From the NCBI RefSeq assembly GCF_025526975.1, contig NW_026515688.1, forward strand, positions 248,001 to 312,000: DNA of 64,000 nt, read 5' to 3'. How positions within the stretch are numbered: the first letter of the stretch is position 1; every line of letters starts with the position of its first letter. Source of the DNA: Fimicolochytrium jonesii (lineage: Eukaryota). Shown here piece by piece: positions 24,900 to 37,000 of this stretch. Below the pieces are notes generated by a model. The model was not told where the DNA came from. It made no database searches and saw only the letters and a list, made by a program, of their open reading frames with translations. A program made the translations under genes and the position numbers.

Positions 24900-25433
24900 G
24901 CGGGCGACGGGTTGTAAAGATCGCGGGGGGCCAGGCAGGATCTGCTTGGACGACCGCATGAATGCGACAAGAACGAGTTGTCAAGCGCCCGCTGGAGTTA
25001 GTGGGACCTTGAGGACGGAAGTGTGGGGTGCGCGACAGCCGAGGGCGTTGGACATACGATCGTTGCGCGACCTGTGTGCGCCACGTTAGTGGCAAACCAG
25101 TAGAAGCCTGTAATTTTCTTGGAATTTGGGAGGCCGGACGCAATCCGCCGAAATATATACCACGTAGAAGCTTTACCATCTTCCGACTGAGAACACTGTG
25201 GAGGGCAGGGCATCCCATTTTGCGGTCCGAAACGCAGTTCACATACGAGGAGGACACTCTGCAGCCATTTGTTGAGGAAAACGGATTGCATTTGCGACAT
25301 CAGAAACAAAGCGATGCAATATTGGCATTTGATGACCGCACACACACAATTGCATTTATCCACAAAGCAGTCCTTTGAAGTAGAATACCCAAAAAAGAAG
25401 CAGGACCTGCCTATAAGCTAAAATTTCCACCCC

Positions 25434-28400
25434 TCACAATGCCCACATCTCTCCCACCGGGCGAACAGCCCTCCACGCTCTCTGCACCACGGTCAGCACG
25501 CGGCGCGCAAGCTCATCTGACGCTACGGAAGACGCTGAACGATGCTGTGATGCCCGTCTTGTCAGTGATAGTCTCGGCTTTACGTCCTTGGTTGGTGATG
25601 TGGGTTTGGGTGTGGTAGGGTTGTCATCTTGAGCTGCGTGCGTGGTTGATGGGGCGGGTGGAGAGGGGACTTTTGAGACGGTCTGGACACGGGACGTGAG
25701 AGTAGTTAGCATTGCGCTGTGATTCGCATATCCTTCCTACGATTATACTCACCACAGAACACCTAACCCGCTTCTTCTGCGTCGCCTGCGCCAGCTTCTC
25801 CTCTCCACTCTCATTCCCAGCAGGTGCCGCATACCACGACGCGAGCACCTGCGCGACAACAGCTTCCCCATCCACCGAGACAGTCCAGGACACCACGTTC
25901 CACATCAACTGATCTGTTGACTTAGTGGGATGCTGAGTCGAATCAGCCACCAAAGGCACTAGCGCCCCGCTGCCGACGTCAGCGGAGGATACTGTCGCAT
26001 CGGTTAGCTGCCGCTGTCCTGAATTTCTGGTTCCTAAAACCTCGCTCTTGTCCTCGGCAGTGGACAATAGCGACCAAGACCCGTGATGCGATGGTTCTGA
26101 AGTATCGTGCACCACAGTGTTCACATTTCCCTTTCCAAACTGGTTGTAAATGATCCGGGTAGCGTGCTCGATAGACGACGCGAGTTCAGGAAGATGGAGG
26201 ACCGGCGAGGACTCCGCGGCTTCTGTGTCGTGGCTTCCTTGCTCAAATCCTTCTTTGGCTCGCACATCGACGTTGGTCTGGTCATCTTTCGTGTCCTGGG
26301 AGTCCTCGTCCTCGTCCCTTGGCTCGGGTTTTGGAGTGCCTTCGTCATCCAACTCTTTGATTTTGGCGTTATCCTCCTCTTCACCGTCTTGGCTTCCGTG
26401 TGAGTGGCTGCACGAGGAGTTCGTGACTTGATATCCCCACAATACAAATAAAAAACATTGAATGAGCGCCGGATGAAAGAAGACGTGAATGACAAGGAAA
26501 CATACGTTTGACACTAGCGGGACTCGTTCCGGCTCGTTCCAGAATGACAGCAACGATAGAGTCCGCGATCATGTCATTCACTGCGCTTCCTTCCCATTCA
26601 AGTGTGTACACGCGCAGGTTTGGCGATTGCGTTACCTTCACCACATCAAAGACCTGTGCCGTGAAACAAACATGAATGTCCAGCTCATCACCTATCATTC
26701 GTTAAAATGCACAACCAAACATACCCTAAAACTCCTGGCGCCAGTCAACTCAACCGGCCCATACATCATCTCCAGATACCACTTCACGATCCCAAACGGC
26801 GCACGGCACGGGATCGATTGGCGTTGCGTGATGGATGCGGGGGTCAGGTCCGTGAATTCGGGTAGGTCTTCGGGGTCGAGGAGGTGGTATGTGAAATCGC
26901 GACAGACGAGGACGCCGCTGACGAGTTGGCTGGGTTGGGGTGGGTTTTTGGCTAGGCGGCCGATTGTCTGCATGGGGCGGTCTTAGCGCAAGGTTTGGCA
27001 GAAGTTATGTGAGAGCTGGCGGCCTTTCATTGCGCGTGCATACCTTCGCCATCTTTTCACCTCGAAAGTACAGCTCGACCGTCTCGCAGTTCTTGGGCGT
27101 ATGGATGTGCAACTGGACATCTCGCTCGGCGTACTTGCTCTGCAGAGCGCTCCGCAGACGACCCATAGCGTTGGAGTCACCGTGTACAAGGATCTGGAAT
27201 GATAGCGTGAGCGCGAATTTGAAGGGGTCGCTGTTGTCATTCGGAAACTTACCAGATTTGGCGCACCGACATCCTCAATGAATGCTGAGTTCTCCCTGTA
27301 GTCCACATGTGCCGAGAACGATATATATTCGACAGATAATCGAAGAGGCAGCTTGGCGCCGGACATCGATTGCACCTCTTCTGGTTGCGACAAGATTTGC
27401 TAGAATGGGCAGACGACTTAGCTTTGTGCCACATTTTGGCGTCTACGGCAGAGGAAGCCTACCTTGCCGAGCGTCCCCTCCACGACATAACCGGGAATGA
27501 TAACTCCGTTTCTTGCATCGACGCACCAAAGTTCGAAAAGTTCTCGCGACAGTCCATTCTGATTTTAAACGCGTCAGCACCAAAGACTTCTGCTGCTAGC
27601 GAGAAAGAGCAGCCTCATACCTGCAACATTCCCGGACTAGCCATCATTACACAAGGCCCAACATCGTCGAAATGCGCCATACTCTTCAAATTACTGATGT
27701 GTTTAAACTGAAACGGGTTGCTGATCTTGACCTGCTGCCGGATCCTCGCGTTCATCATGTTGGTGTACGTCTGGAAGACCGTCATACACTTCTTGGCCAG
27801 ACTTGATGCGTAGTAGATCGGCACGTTGTGGAGTTCCGCGTGAGCTTGCCAGTACTCGTCTAGGATCAATAGCAGTTCCTGTGCACGTCCGAGGGCGAAG
27901 ACGGGGAGCAGACATCGCCCGCCGCGCTGGACGACGTTATGCACCATGCGCGTGAATCTCGCTTCACGCTCAACGCGCGGCTCGTGAGATTGCACGCCGT
28001 ACGTCGATTCACAGATGAGGACCTCTGGAGTCACATTCGGTGGCCGCTCAGCAGCCATCAGATGCCGGTCTTCTTCCCGAGAATAGTCGCCGGTGTAAAG
28101 CACGCGGACACCAGCAATCTCGATCAGGAACATGGCGGCACCGAGGACGTGGCCGGCGTTATAGGGTGTAAACTTGATGCCTTCGACGTCCATCTCTTGG
28201 TGGTAGTCGACCACTTCGATCTTTTCGTAACTTCGTTGGAGATCTTGTTCATCGTAGAGTTGGTCTTCCGCCGAGAGGTTGCTGTATATTGGAAACGAGA
28301 TGAGATATGAAGTACCGGCTTGGCCGTGAAGAAGTAGGAGAGGGACAGTACTCACCTTATTTTCACATAATCAGACAGCAGCCATTTGTAGATGGCTTTT

Positions 28401-29199
28401 GTCGGATGGGTCATAAAGACGCGACCTTTGAACGTGGTCTGGCGTCAAGAAAATAAGATGCACAATGAAAGAACACAATTAGAAGATCAAACTCGATGCA
28501 AATGGTTTATAAATCTCTGTTATAGAAACACAAAAAAGTATAGGGGCGGCGCGAGATAGATAGGTGGCCTCGTCTTCTCTCAGGGCGATCTTTCTCTTCC
28601 CCGACCGTCGCCCCGCCCCTTGCCCTACTACTAATCTACAGCAGCTCTGTCCCCCAAATGATGGTGCTCTCTTCCCAACCGGTGCGTTCCTCCAGGGACC
28701 CACCTTTTCCATGAAGTACGGCAAACCTGCAGCGTGATCAACGTGGAAGCTAGACGTACAAGTGTGTCACGGAGGGTCTGCGACAGGGCGCTTTCGACTT
28801 CGTTAGAAGGCGTGTTTTCGATTCCTTACTGGCTAATCAACAGCACATCCACCGTTGACGGATCCACTTCATCCAGGAAAGGCAATGCCGAAAATCCACT
28901 GTTTGCAGGATGTAACCCGCAGTCCAGCTGGTAAGATACCGAGCATGGGTGATATGATCAGCTTTGAACCAGAATCCGGATCACGAAGCGCGAAGAATCC
29001 CAGACAAACCAACCATGATTGTTTTGCCCTTATATTCCAGTAACAGGCAACTCCTCCCGACTTCCTGCCCAGCACCCAATGGGGTGACCCTCATCACATC
29101 TCCGGGGTCTTGTACGGGGACAGGCGTGGACGGTTCCTTCCGCTTGTTCCCCGCCAATGACACGCCGCCACCCAAGGAGGCACCGACAACTGGAAGCAT
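25434..29199 (-). CDS. YSH1: Cleavage and polyadenylation endonuclease CPSF73/Ysh1 (MBL/beta-CASP), multi-exon
   Basis: [93 protein letters not shown] and C-terminal [15 protein letters not shown]. Confidence 0.95.
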
Positions 29200-30270
29200 T
29201 GCTGAGCCTCGGGAGAGCGGCGGTTCAGGAGAGAGTGTGAGAGTGTCCCTTGCGTGGAGGTATGCAGTTCATGTGACCTGCTTCAATATCCTGCAAGTGG
29301 GGCAGCCTCCCAGCGGAAACGTCGGAGTCCAAATAAATACGAGATCACATGACCTCACATAATTGCCGTATGCATTTCTCGATCCACCATTTTCACCCCA
29401 GCTCTTCTGCTCTTTACCACTGCCGGCCGAGCTCATTATGTATGGTAAACACTCTGAAGAACGTCACAGAAGTCCATCCATAAGGAAACAAAGATCATCA
29501 TAAGGTAGCGAAATACCCGCTCTTAGATGTACAGGTGGCCATGAGTGTTGCGGGGACGGCGAGCAGGGCGGTCAACATTGAACCTGACGCCTTAGAGGAA
29601 TGCGCTGGACCTTGCCCTCAACGCGGATGAGCGCGGGGCGACGTGATATCGAGCGACATCAACTCTTCCTTCCACAAGAACAACTCTTCCCCACGCACAT
29701 CGGGCAGATGCCCACGGACTGCCCGGTCCTCACTTCCATCGACGAAGGCGAAGAGCCCAAATCTCCTCTTGTCTTCGACGGACTCACCCCACAGCACTCC
29801 CAACCCTGATAATCACATAATCACGTTTCCATCACGTTGCGCCTGTGGAGGAGGCTGGTCTGTATTTCATGAAAGATTATAGTCGGCAGGCGCGGCCCGG
29901 TGGAGCATCCCAGGCAAAACTCACACCCATGCCTCGCCATGCCTCACCCCTCTTGTCCTGATATCGTGATGTGCAGGCAGCCAGCGACCAGCGAGAGAAG
30001 ATGTGTTCACTCCCAGTTCACTCCCGCCCCCAAACGCGTCCACGCGTAACGCTGTCAGTGCGATTTCTGTCGTCGATCCTGACATCATTATTGAGTGGAA
30101 GGCGGACGTTTGCCACTTGCCATCCCCGCCATGCATCTGAAAGACGGAGAAAAGCGGATATACTGTAAGTATATATTGCAAGTCGGGCACCCTAATCGTC
30201 TCTTTCCCTGAGCTTCCCAAGGACTTACACTCGTGTCAACACTCAGTCCCACTCTCAACATCCTTCGACG

Positions 30271-31893
30271 ATGCCAGTAAAGCAATCACCCTCACGGAAA
30301 GCAAGAGGCTCAAAGTTCACCTCAGCCAAGAAGGTTGGCAGCACGTGGTCGTCCATCTGGCTGCTCGCACTGGTCCCAGTCCTTCTTGCCATCGGAGCAG
30401 CGAGGGAAACCTTGAACGGCATCAACCTCAAGCTCAGCGTCAACAACTTCAATCTTGTACGCAAACCTGCCCAATATCACGGACACGGCGTCAGCGGACC
30501 TTTCTTTGAAGGATGGTATTATAAGACGGTGTTGCCCGAGGCGGAAGGGTCGGTGGTCTTCATTCCTGGCGTGTTCATGCCGAAGCCTTCTCCCGAAGGC
30601 ACCGTGCTCAACGATACGCTACAACAGCCGCATGCGTTTGTGATGGTCCTGAGGGACCCGCACACTGTCGAATGCCTGTATTACGCCTACCCTTTGAGCG
30701 AGTTAGAGGCAACGAACGGCGTTGGAGAGTCACCGGAAGCTAGAACCACATACAGCATCAGGATTGGAAAGAGCACGTTCCATGAGAAGGGGATGGAGCT
30801 TGATCTCGATGCCTCCCGTCTTGTGTGGCCGTCGGACGAAGACACAAATGAGTTTTTGGCCAAGGCGTTGCGGGAACGCCAGATACTGCACCCTGAGTTA
30901 CGCTTCGATAAGGCGGGCTTGACTCAGGAGTGGGAACGGAAAGCTCTGTCCGTTCGTGGAAGTGTGAAGTTCGTAGACTCCGTCCGATTCCCAACGTCCA
31001 CTTTGAACCCAACAGTGATGGGTCCTTTCTCCTACCTTCCTGCGCTGGAATGCTACCATGGTGAGTTGGTTCAACGCGTCAAACCCATTCTGTAGCAAGA
31101 TCCGACTAATCATTTGCATGTTTTCAGGTGTGGTATCGCTCTACCACAAGACGATCGGTTCGGTCCGCTTTGAGACTGCGGCAGGGGCCAAGGAGCACGA
31201 GTTCGACGTGACGGGCGGCGAGGGCTATCTGGAGAAAGATCACGGCATCAACTTTCCCAAGAGCTGGATCTGGTTGCAGACGGGCTCATTCGTCAAGGAG
31301 ACGGGATCCTCCTTACTGGTATGTACGGCGTTCAAGGCGATACGTGAAGTTCATGGGAACTGTTACTAACTTGAAGTTATAATCTTCAACAGCTCACCAT
31401 CGCAGATGTGCCATTGTTGTCGGACAAAGGCATCCTGTCCAAGATCGTGTCATCCATCCCCGTCTACGGCCCGAAGCTAGTATCAAAGTTCCGCCTGAGC
31501 GCTTTCATCATCACCCTTCACCACGCCCGTACCAACACCACCCACAATTTCAGCGTCTACACCGGGTCCCGCGTTCAATCCGTCAACATCGACGCGCACA
31601 CCAACACCGGGAGCGGCGCCCCGAATCAAGAAGTCAAGGTCGTAGTCTACGGCAGACCCGGATCCGACGCGGAATTGATCGTTACAGCAAAGAGGCCCTT
31701 GCAAGTGGGAGTCCCGCTTCCCGGCCCCATGTTCGGCGAGCGCAACATGATGGGCTTGATTGTTGAGGAGACCATCACGGTGGATGTCGACGTTTTGTTG
31801 CGCGTCAATGGGGAGGTCGTCTTTGAGGATACTGGGCGAATCGGTGGATTGGAGGTTGTTGGGGACATGCAGGGCTTGATCGGTACGATCTAA
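30271..31893 (+). CDS. Tocopherol-cyclase-family protein with N-terminal membrane anchor, 3 exons
   Basis: YHG...PFFEGWYYK, VFIPG, MGPFSYLPALECYHG|VVSL, GGEGYLEKDHGINFPKSWIWLQ and terminal GGLEVVG motifs typical of the Tocopherol_cycl family. Confidence 0.8.
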
Positions 31894-32341
31894 TTGTCAG
31901 TATAATGTTTAAGAAGCGTAAGTAGATACAGCTAGCATAGAATCGGATTTAAGCATTGCATTACATGCCACAACTGCGTTCTCATGAAAGGGTATATAGG
32001 TTATATACACAAATTATTGTTTTCTGCATCTGCCCAATCTCTTTTTCTGCTTTTTGATGTTTTGATGTGAACGAAGTACATATGTCAGTGGCCTGCCGTT
32101 GTGGTGTCCGTGCCACAGTACCCATCTTCTCGAAATGCACGGAGGCCGTTCTGAGGCAGTTCTGAGGGGCGATCGAACGCGTTCTGATGAATGTTAGAGA
32201 CTCGAGAGGACTTGGGCCACTCATTCACCTCATTCATTGGTCACGCCAATCTTGCCGGACACCTCAGCAGCATATAACGGGGCAGAGCGTCTCGGGTCTA
32301 GAACTCTAATACTTTAGCCGACGCGACCCTCACAAACGAAG

Positions 32342-33055
32342 ATGGCGCATGCATTTTCGGTCCTTTGCGTGGCCGTCATTGGCAAAACGGTGGGTCCCTC
32401 TGCGGTTGCTCAGGTTGTAGTGTAAGTCGCTCATTATACCCGCACTGGCTCTTGCTGCAGAACAACCCACTATTCGTGAAGAACTTCAGCTCAACATATA
32501 CCGACTTGAAATGCCATTACATAGCTCACACGGCAATAGACTTGGTGGAGGAACGGAGTATGTTGGCAAGCGTGGGGAAAGTGGTGCTGCCAGGGACAGT
32601 GGAAGCCTAAACGTTGGGTCCTCAACAGTCGGGTCAACGAAGCACACGGATCAGTACCTGGGGTTGCTATATACGATGGAAGATCTAGCAGTGTAAGATG
32701 TCCGGGGAAACGTGAACGCACGTAAGGACCACGCAAACGGCATGATAATCAAACCTATGCCTCTTTTCAGGTTTGGATACATAACGAATACACGAGTAAA
32801 GTTCATAATCGTAACGAATGTGGTGGATGTTGCTATCAAAGACCAGGATATCAAGAATGTAAGTGCTCCTTTTGGCATCCCCGTTCGAGCGATTGAAAAA
32901 TTCGAAGCTAACAGTCACTAATATTCGTTCGCATTAAGTTGTTTCGGAAGATCCACAACGCATACGTGATCCTGGTATCGAATCCATTTTATGATCCGGA
33001 CAGCAAGCGGCCAATAGCGTCGACGAATTTCGAAAAAGCAATCAGCAGTCTGTGA
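32342..33055 (+). CDS. TRAPPC2L: TRAPP complex subunit 2-like (sedlin family; Tca17/TRAPPC2L), 5 exons
   Basis: Spliced: CVAVIGKT|NNPLFVKNF...HYIAHTAIDLVEER|..DQYLGLLYTMEDLAV|FGYITNTRVKFIIV...|LFRKIHNAYVILVSNPFY..*. Confidence 0.9.
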
Positions 33056-34057
33056 GATCGCCTTCCATCCTGCCGTGGGCTTAGGCTTGCTCTGGGACCT
33101 TGTATATAGATAGAATGACGAATACCCGCGAACTCGCGACGACACGAATTCGCGAAGACCGTTTCCGCCAGCAATCTGAGTGTGGGATGTCGTCGTCGCC
33201 AACGACTACAGATCTTGTTTGTTGCTCAATTCATCACTCGTCGGCCGTTTGCCGGCTGAATCCCACTACTTTTGCCCGCCAAAACTCAACGAGGCCAGAG
33301 CTCTGCGCATATCAGCTAGCGAGTGGGAACTCGTGCGACGAAGAGACGGTTTCGGAGGCAGCTTTATGGCCGCAATTGTAGCTTTTTGAACACGTTTGTA
33401 GCTTATTGAACTGTTGGCACACTGCTGGATGTTATTCGGCCCCTGGAATGGTTTGACTGACGTGAATATTTTGCTGTTCGGGCTCCGTGCAATGATAACT
33501 CGTGGGCAAGCGCACTTCGCGCCGATTCTAACCACCTGGCCCAAGGCACCGCTGAGGACGGACGCAAAGCCACATCCGCAAAACGCTGTGACATCAGTGT
33601 TGCTGCTACGGAACTAAATAAGTTTAAATTCGAAACGGCCTGCTTGCCGTTAATTTTGGATATAGGGCATCAGAGAACTGAATCTTCCTCTACCTCCGAG
33701 GCGATTTGTGGTCTGAAAGCATGGCGGAAGTTGACATCCGGTTTTTTCGAGCCTGCAGGGAGCGCAGGGGCTGCGGGCTAAAAGACGCAAAGGACGCGCT
33801 GTCGAAATCGGCGTTCCGCGTCTTCGATTTTCCTTGCAAAGTTAAGCGTAGAAGGTGGGGCTTGTACTGACTCTAAATGCTGCATGGAAGCATGGAAGGT
33901 CGCGGACAATTGCCTCGTTGTCCCCCGACAAACCTTAAGACTCGCTCTACGGAAATTTCAGAATGACGGCTGGGTGGGATCAAGAGCTCCTCTTCAACTG
34001 CACGCATCCTGGTGCATCAGCTAGTTTGCGCATTTGTAGTACTTTAGCTACACAAGC

Positions 34058-37000
34058 ATGGATTCCTCACAACCAGGTGTCTCGGACTTTGTCCTCGTTG
34101 AGGAGATATCGGATGCAGCCATAGTCGAAAACCTCCGAGTGCGCTTCGAGCAGGATGTTATCTACGTAAGTCTGGAGTGCGATGCAAATTCTGTGCCCGC
34201 AAACACTTGATGCGCTGACCCACACGTATCGAACGCCCTCAGACGTTCATTGGTGAAGTGGTCGTCTCTCTCAATCCTTACAAAAACCTGCCCATCTACG
34301 ATGCAGAATGGGTCGCTCGATACAAGGGAAGTAACCTCTACGAGCATCCACCTCACATGTATGTAAGGGGGAGTGAGTCTTCTGTCAAGAGAAGCGCAGT
34401 TTCAGCAGCCCATCATACTGACTTACAATCCCTCACATGAAACAGCTACTCCATCGCGGAACGGGCTTACCGGTCTTTGGTAACCCAAGCCCGTGACCAA
34501 TGTGTCCTCATCACTGGCGAGAGTGGAGCCGGGAAAACGGAGGCAAGCAAGATTATCTTGGGCTATGTTGCTGGAATGGGCGATGGCGTAAAGATCCGGG
34601 ATAGACTTGTTAGCGCTAGTCCTTGTCTTGAAGGTATGTGCGTCGTAGTAGCAGAGGGATGTGCGCAAGGGCCAAGTTCTAAATCGACCAACGCATCCCG
34701 ATGGCAGCTTTCGGAAACGCCAAGACTGCTCGCAATGACAATTCGTCCAGATTTGGCAAATACATGGACCTGGAGTTCGACTTTCGCGGGTCCCCAATCG
34801 GAGGCAAGATCACGACGTATCTCCTGGAAAAGTCTCGAGTAGTGAACCAATCCGGAAATGAGAGATCATTTGTACGTTTCACATCCCAATTGGGCAACAA
34901 GTTGTATTGTTGATGATGAGGTGGAGGACGCTGAATTGCAAATCTTGCTCCAGCATATCTTCTACCAACTGTTGGCGGGGTCCTCGGATGATCTCCTGAC
35001 CCGCCTCTCCCTCTCGCGGACTACGACCGACTTTGCCTACCTAACAGCGCAGTCTCCTCCCGACCTCGACGACGCCGCGCATTACCAGTCCGTCATCAAG
35101 TCATTCAAGGACGCTGGTGTCAGCGATTCCACCGTTGGCGCATGGCTCGAGATAGTTGCGGCAGTGCTTCATCTCGGCAACGTGAAGTTCGAAGGCAAAA
35201 CCGAAGCGCCGGCTTCGGCCACCGCCCCCGCAACGGTAGAGGCCGGTGAAAATGCAGATCAACCTCAGCAAAACGGCGACGCGGAGAAAGAGAAGACCGC
35301 CGAGACCGTAGGCATCGAAAGAAGTACTGTCGTCAACGAAGAGGTGTTGAGGAGGGTTGGCGCGCTGCTGGGGCTGGACGCCGAGAAGTTGGCTCAGGTG
35401 TTGACGCACCGATCCGTGTACGATCCTGCCAAGAAGGAGAAGATTGTCTTGCCGCTGGGATCCCAGCAGGTGTGTGGCCTGCACGCCTGATTTCCTTGTG
35501 CCCGTCTACGATGCTGATGGGGACTTTGCAGGCCGAGAAAACCCGAGACGCTCTTGCCAAAACCCTTTATGGTCGCCTTTTCGATCACATTGTGAGCACG
35601 TTGAATCAATGCATCAGCATCGGGTCGGAAAAAGGGTACAACGTCATTGGTGTGCTGGACATCTACGGATTCGAAGTCATGGAGGTGGGATCGATGCTCG
35701 TTTCCCAATGTATGCCAGTGTTGCATATCTGACGCGAATTCACTACTGTCCGAGCTGCAGCATAACGGCTTCGATCAGTTTCTCATCAACTACTGTAACG
35801 AGAAGTTGCAACAAGTGTTTGTAGAGCTGACGTTGAAGTCGGAGCAGGAGGACTATCAGAAAGAGGTGGGGTCGACGACTGGTCCTTGATATCTGGTGGT
35901 TTCAACGACTGATTTCCCCTGTAATTGAAGGGCATCGAGTGGACGAACATCTCGTACTTTGACAACGAAACGATCTGTGACTTGATTGATTCGGTAGGCA
36001 TGGTTTTGCGCAAACATAGGTATAGGTTCAACTATGCTAAATGATTGGAAAACACTGAATTTCAGAAAAAGTCCGGGTTCATCGCGCTCCTGGACGAAGA
36101 AAGTACCTTTGCCGGCGAACCCACCGCCAAGACCTTCCTTCACAAACTCGATACCAACCTCGTCAAACACCCTCACTACGAATCGCGCTCAAAGCAGGCG
36201 AGCGGAAAGCGCAAATCCTCTTCGAACCTCCTCACAGCATCGGCGACGCCGTCGTCCACCGCCGCCGCGCCGTCGAAGATGCTCGCTCATAATGAGTTCA
36301 TGTTGCGCCACTATGCTGGTGACGTCGTGTACGAGACGGACGGCTTTCTCGATCGTAACGTCGACGCGTTGTGGAGGGATGTGGTTACCACTCTTGGCGA
36401 GAGCGGGAAGAGTGTCGTCAGGGAGATGTTCCCAGCATTGACTGGTGTGGATGGGGCTCCGGATGGTGGGGATGTTGCTTCGACATCGGCGCGAACTAAA
36501 AGACCCGAGACGCTGGCGACGCAGTTCCGAAGCTCGATGGGGAACCTGATCGCGAACCTGATGTCAAAGAACCCGCATTATATTCGATGCATCAAACCAA
36601 ATGCAGAGAAGGCGGCAAACAAGTTTGATGTGGAGCTTGTTGAGCATCAATGCAGATACCTCGGGTATGTTCCAGCTCAATATCAATGAAAAGCTCCTCA
36701 TCCTCCCTGGTATCCCCGTTGATTGCCATACTACCTCCACACAGTCTCCGCGAAAACATCCTAGTTCGCCGCGCAGGCTTCTGCTACCGCTCGGCCTTCC
36801 CCAAATTCCTGAACCGCTACAAACTTGTCGGAACCCACATTTCCGTCGACCCGCGCGGCACCTGGCCAACCTACACAGGCACACCGCGCGAAGGCGTGCA
36901 AAACCTCTTGAACAGCGCGCTAGTCAGCGGCAATGCTTACCAGTTGGGCAAGACCAAGGTCTTCATTCGACATCCTGACACTATTCTGCAGTTGGAGAAG

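Noticed and set aside
29438..29809. Possible small spliced gene between CPSF73 and the cyclase gene
   Set aside because: Only a short ORF with no recognisable motif and ambiguous splice sites, so it cannot be supported without transcripts.
8639..31893. Functional link between the CRAL-TRIO protein (tocopherol-transfer family fold) and the tocopherol-cyclase-like gene
   Set aside because: They are over 20 kb apart with unrelated housekeeping genes between them, and CRAL-TRIO proteins are ubiquitous.
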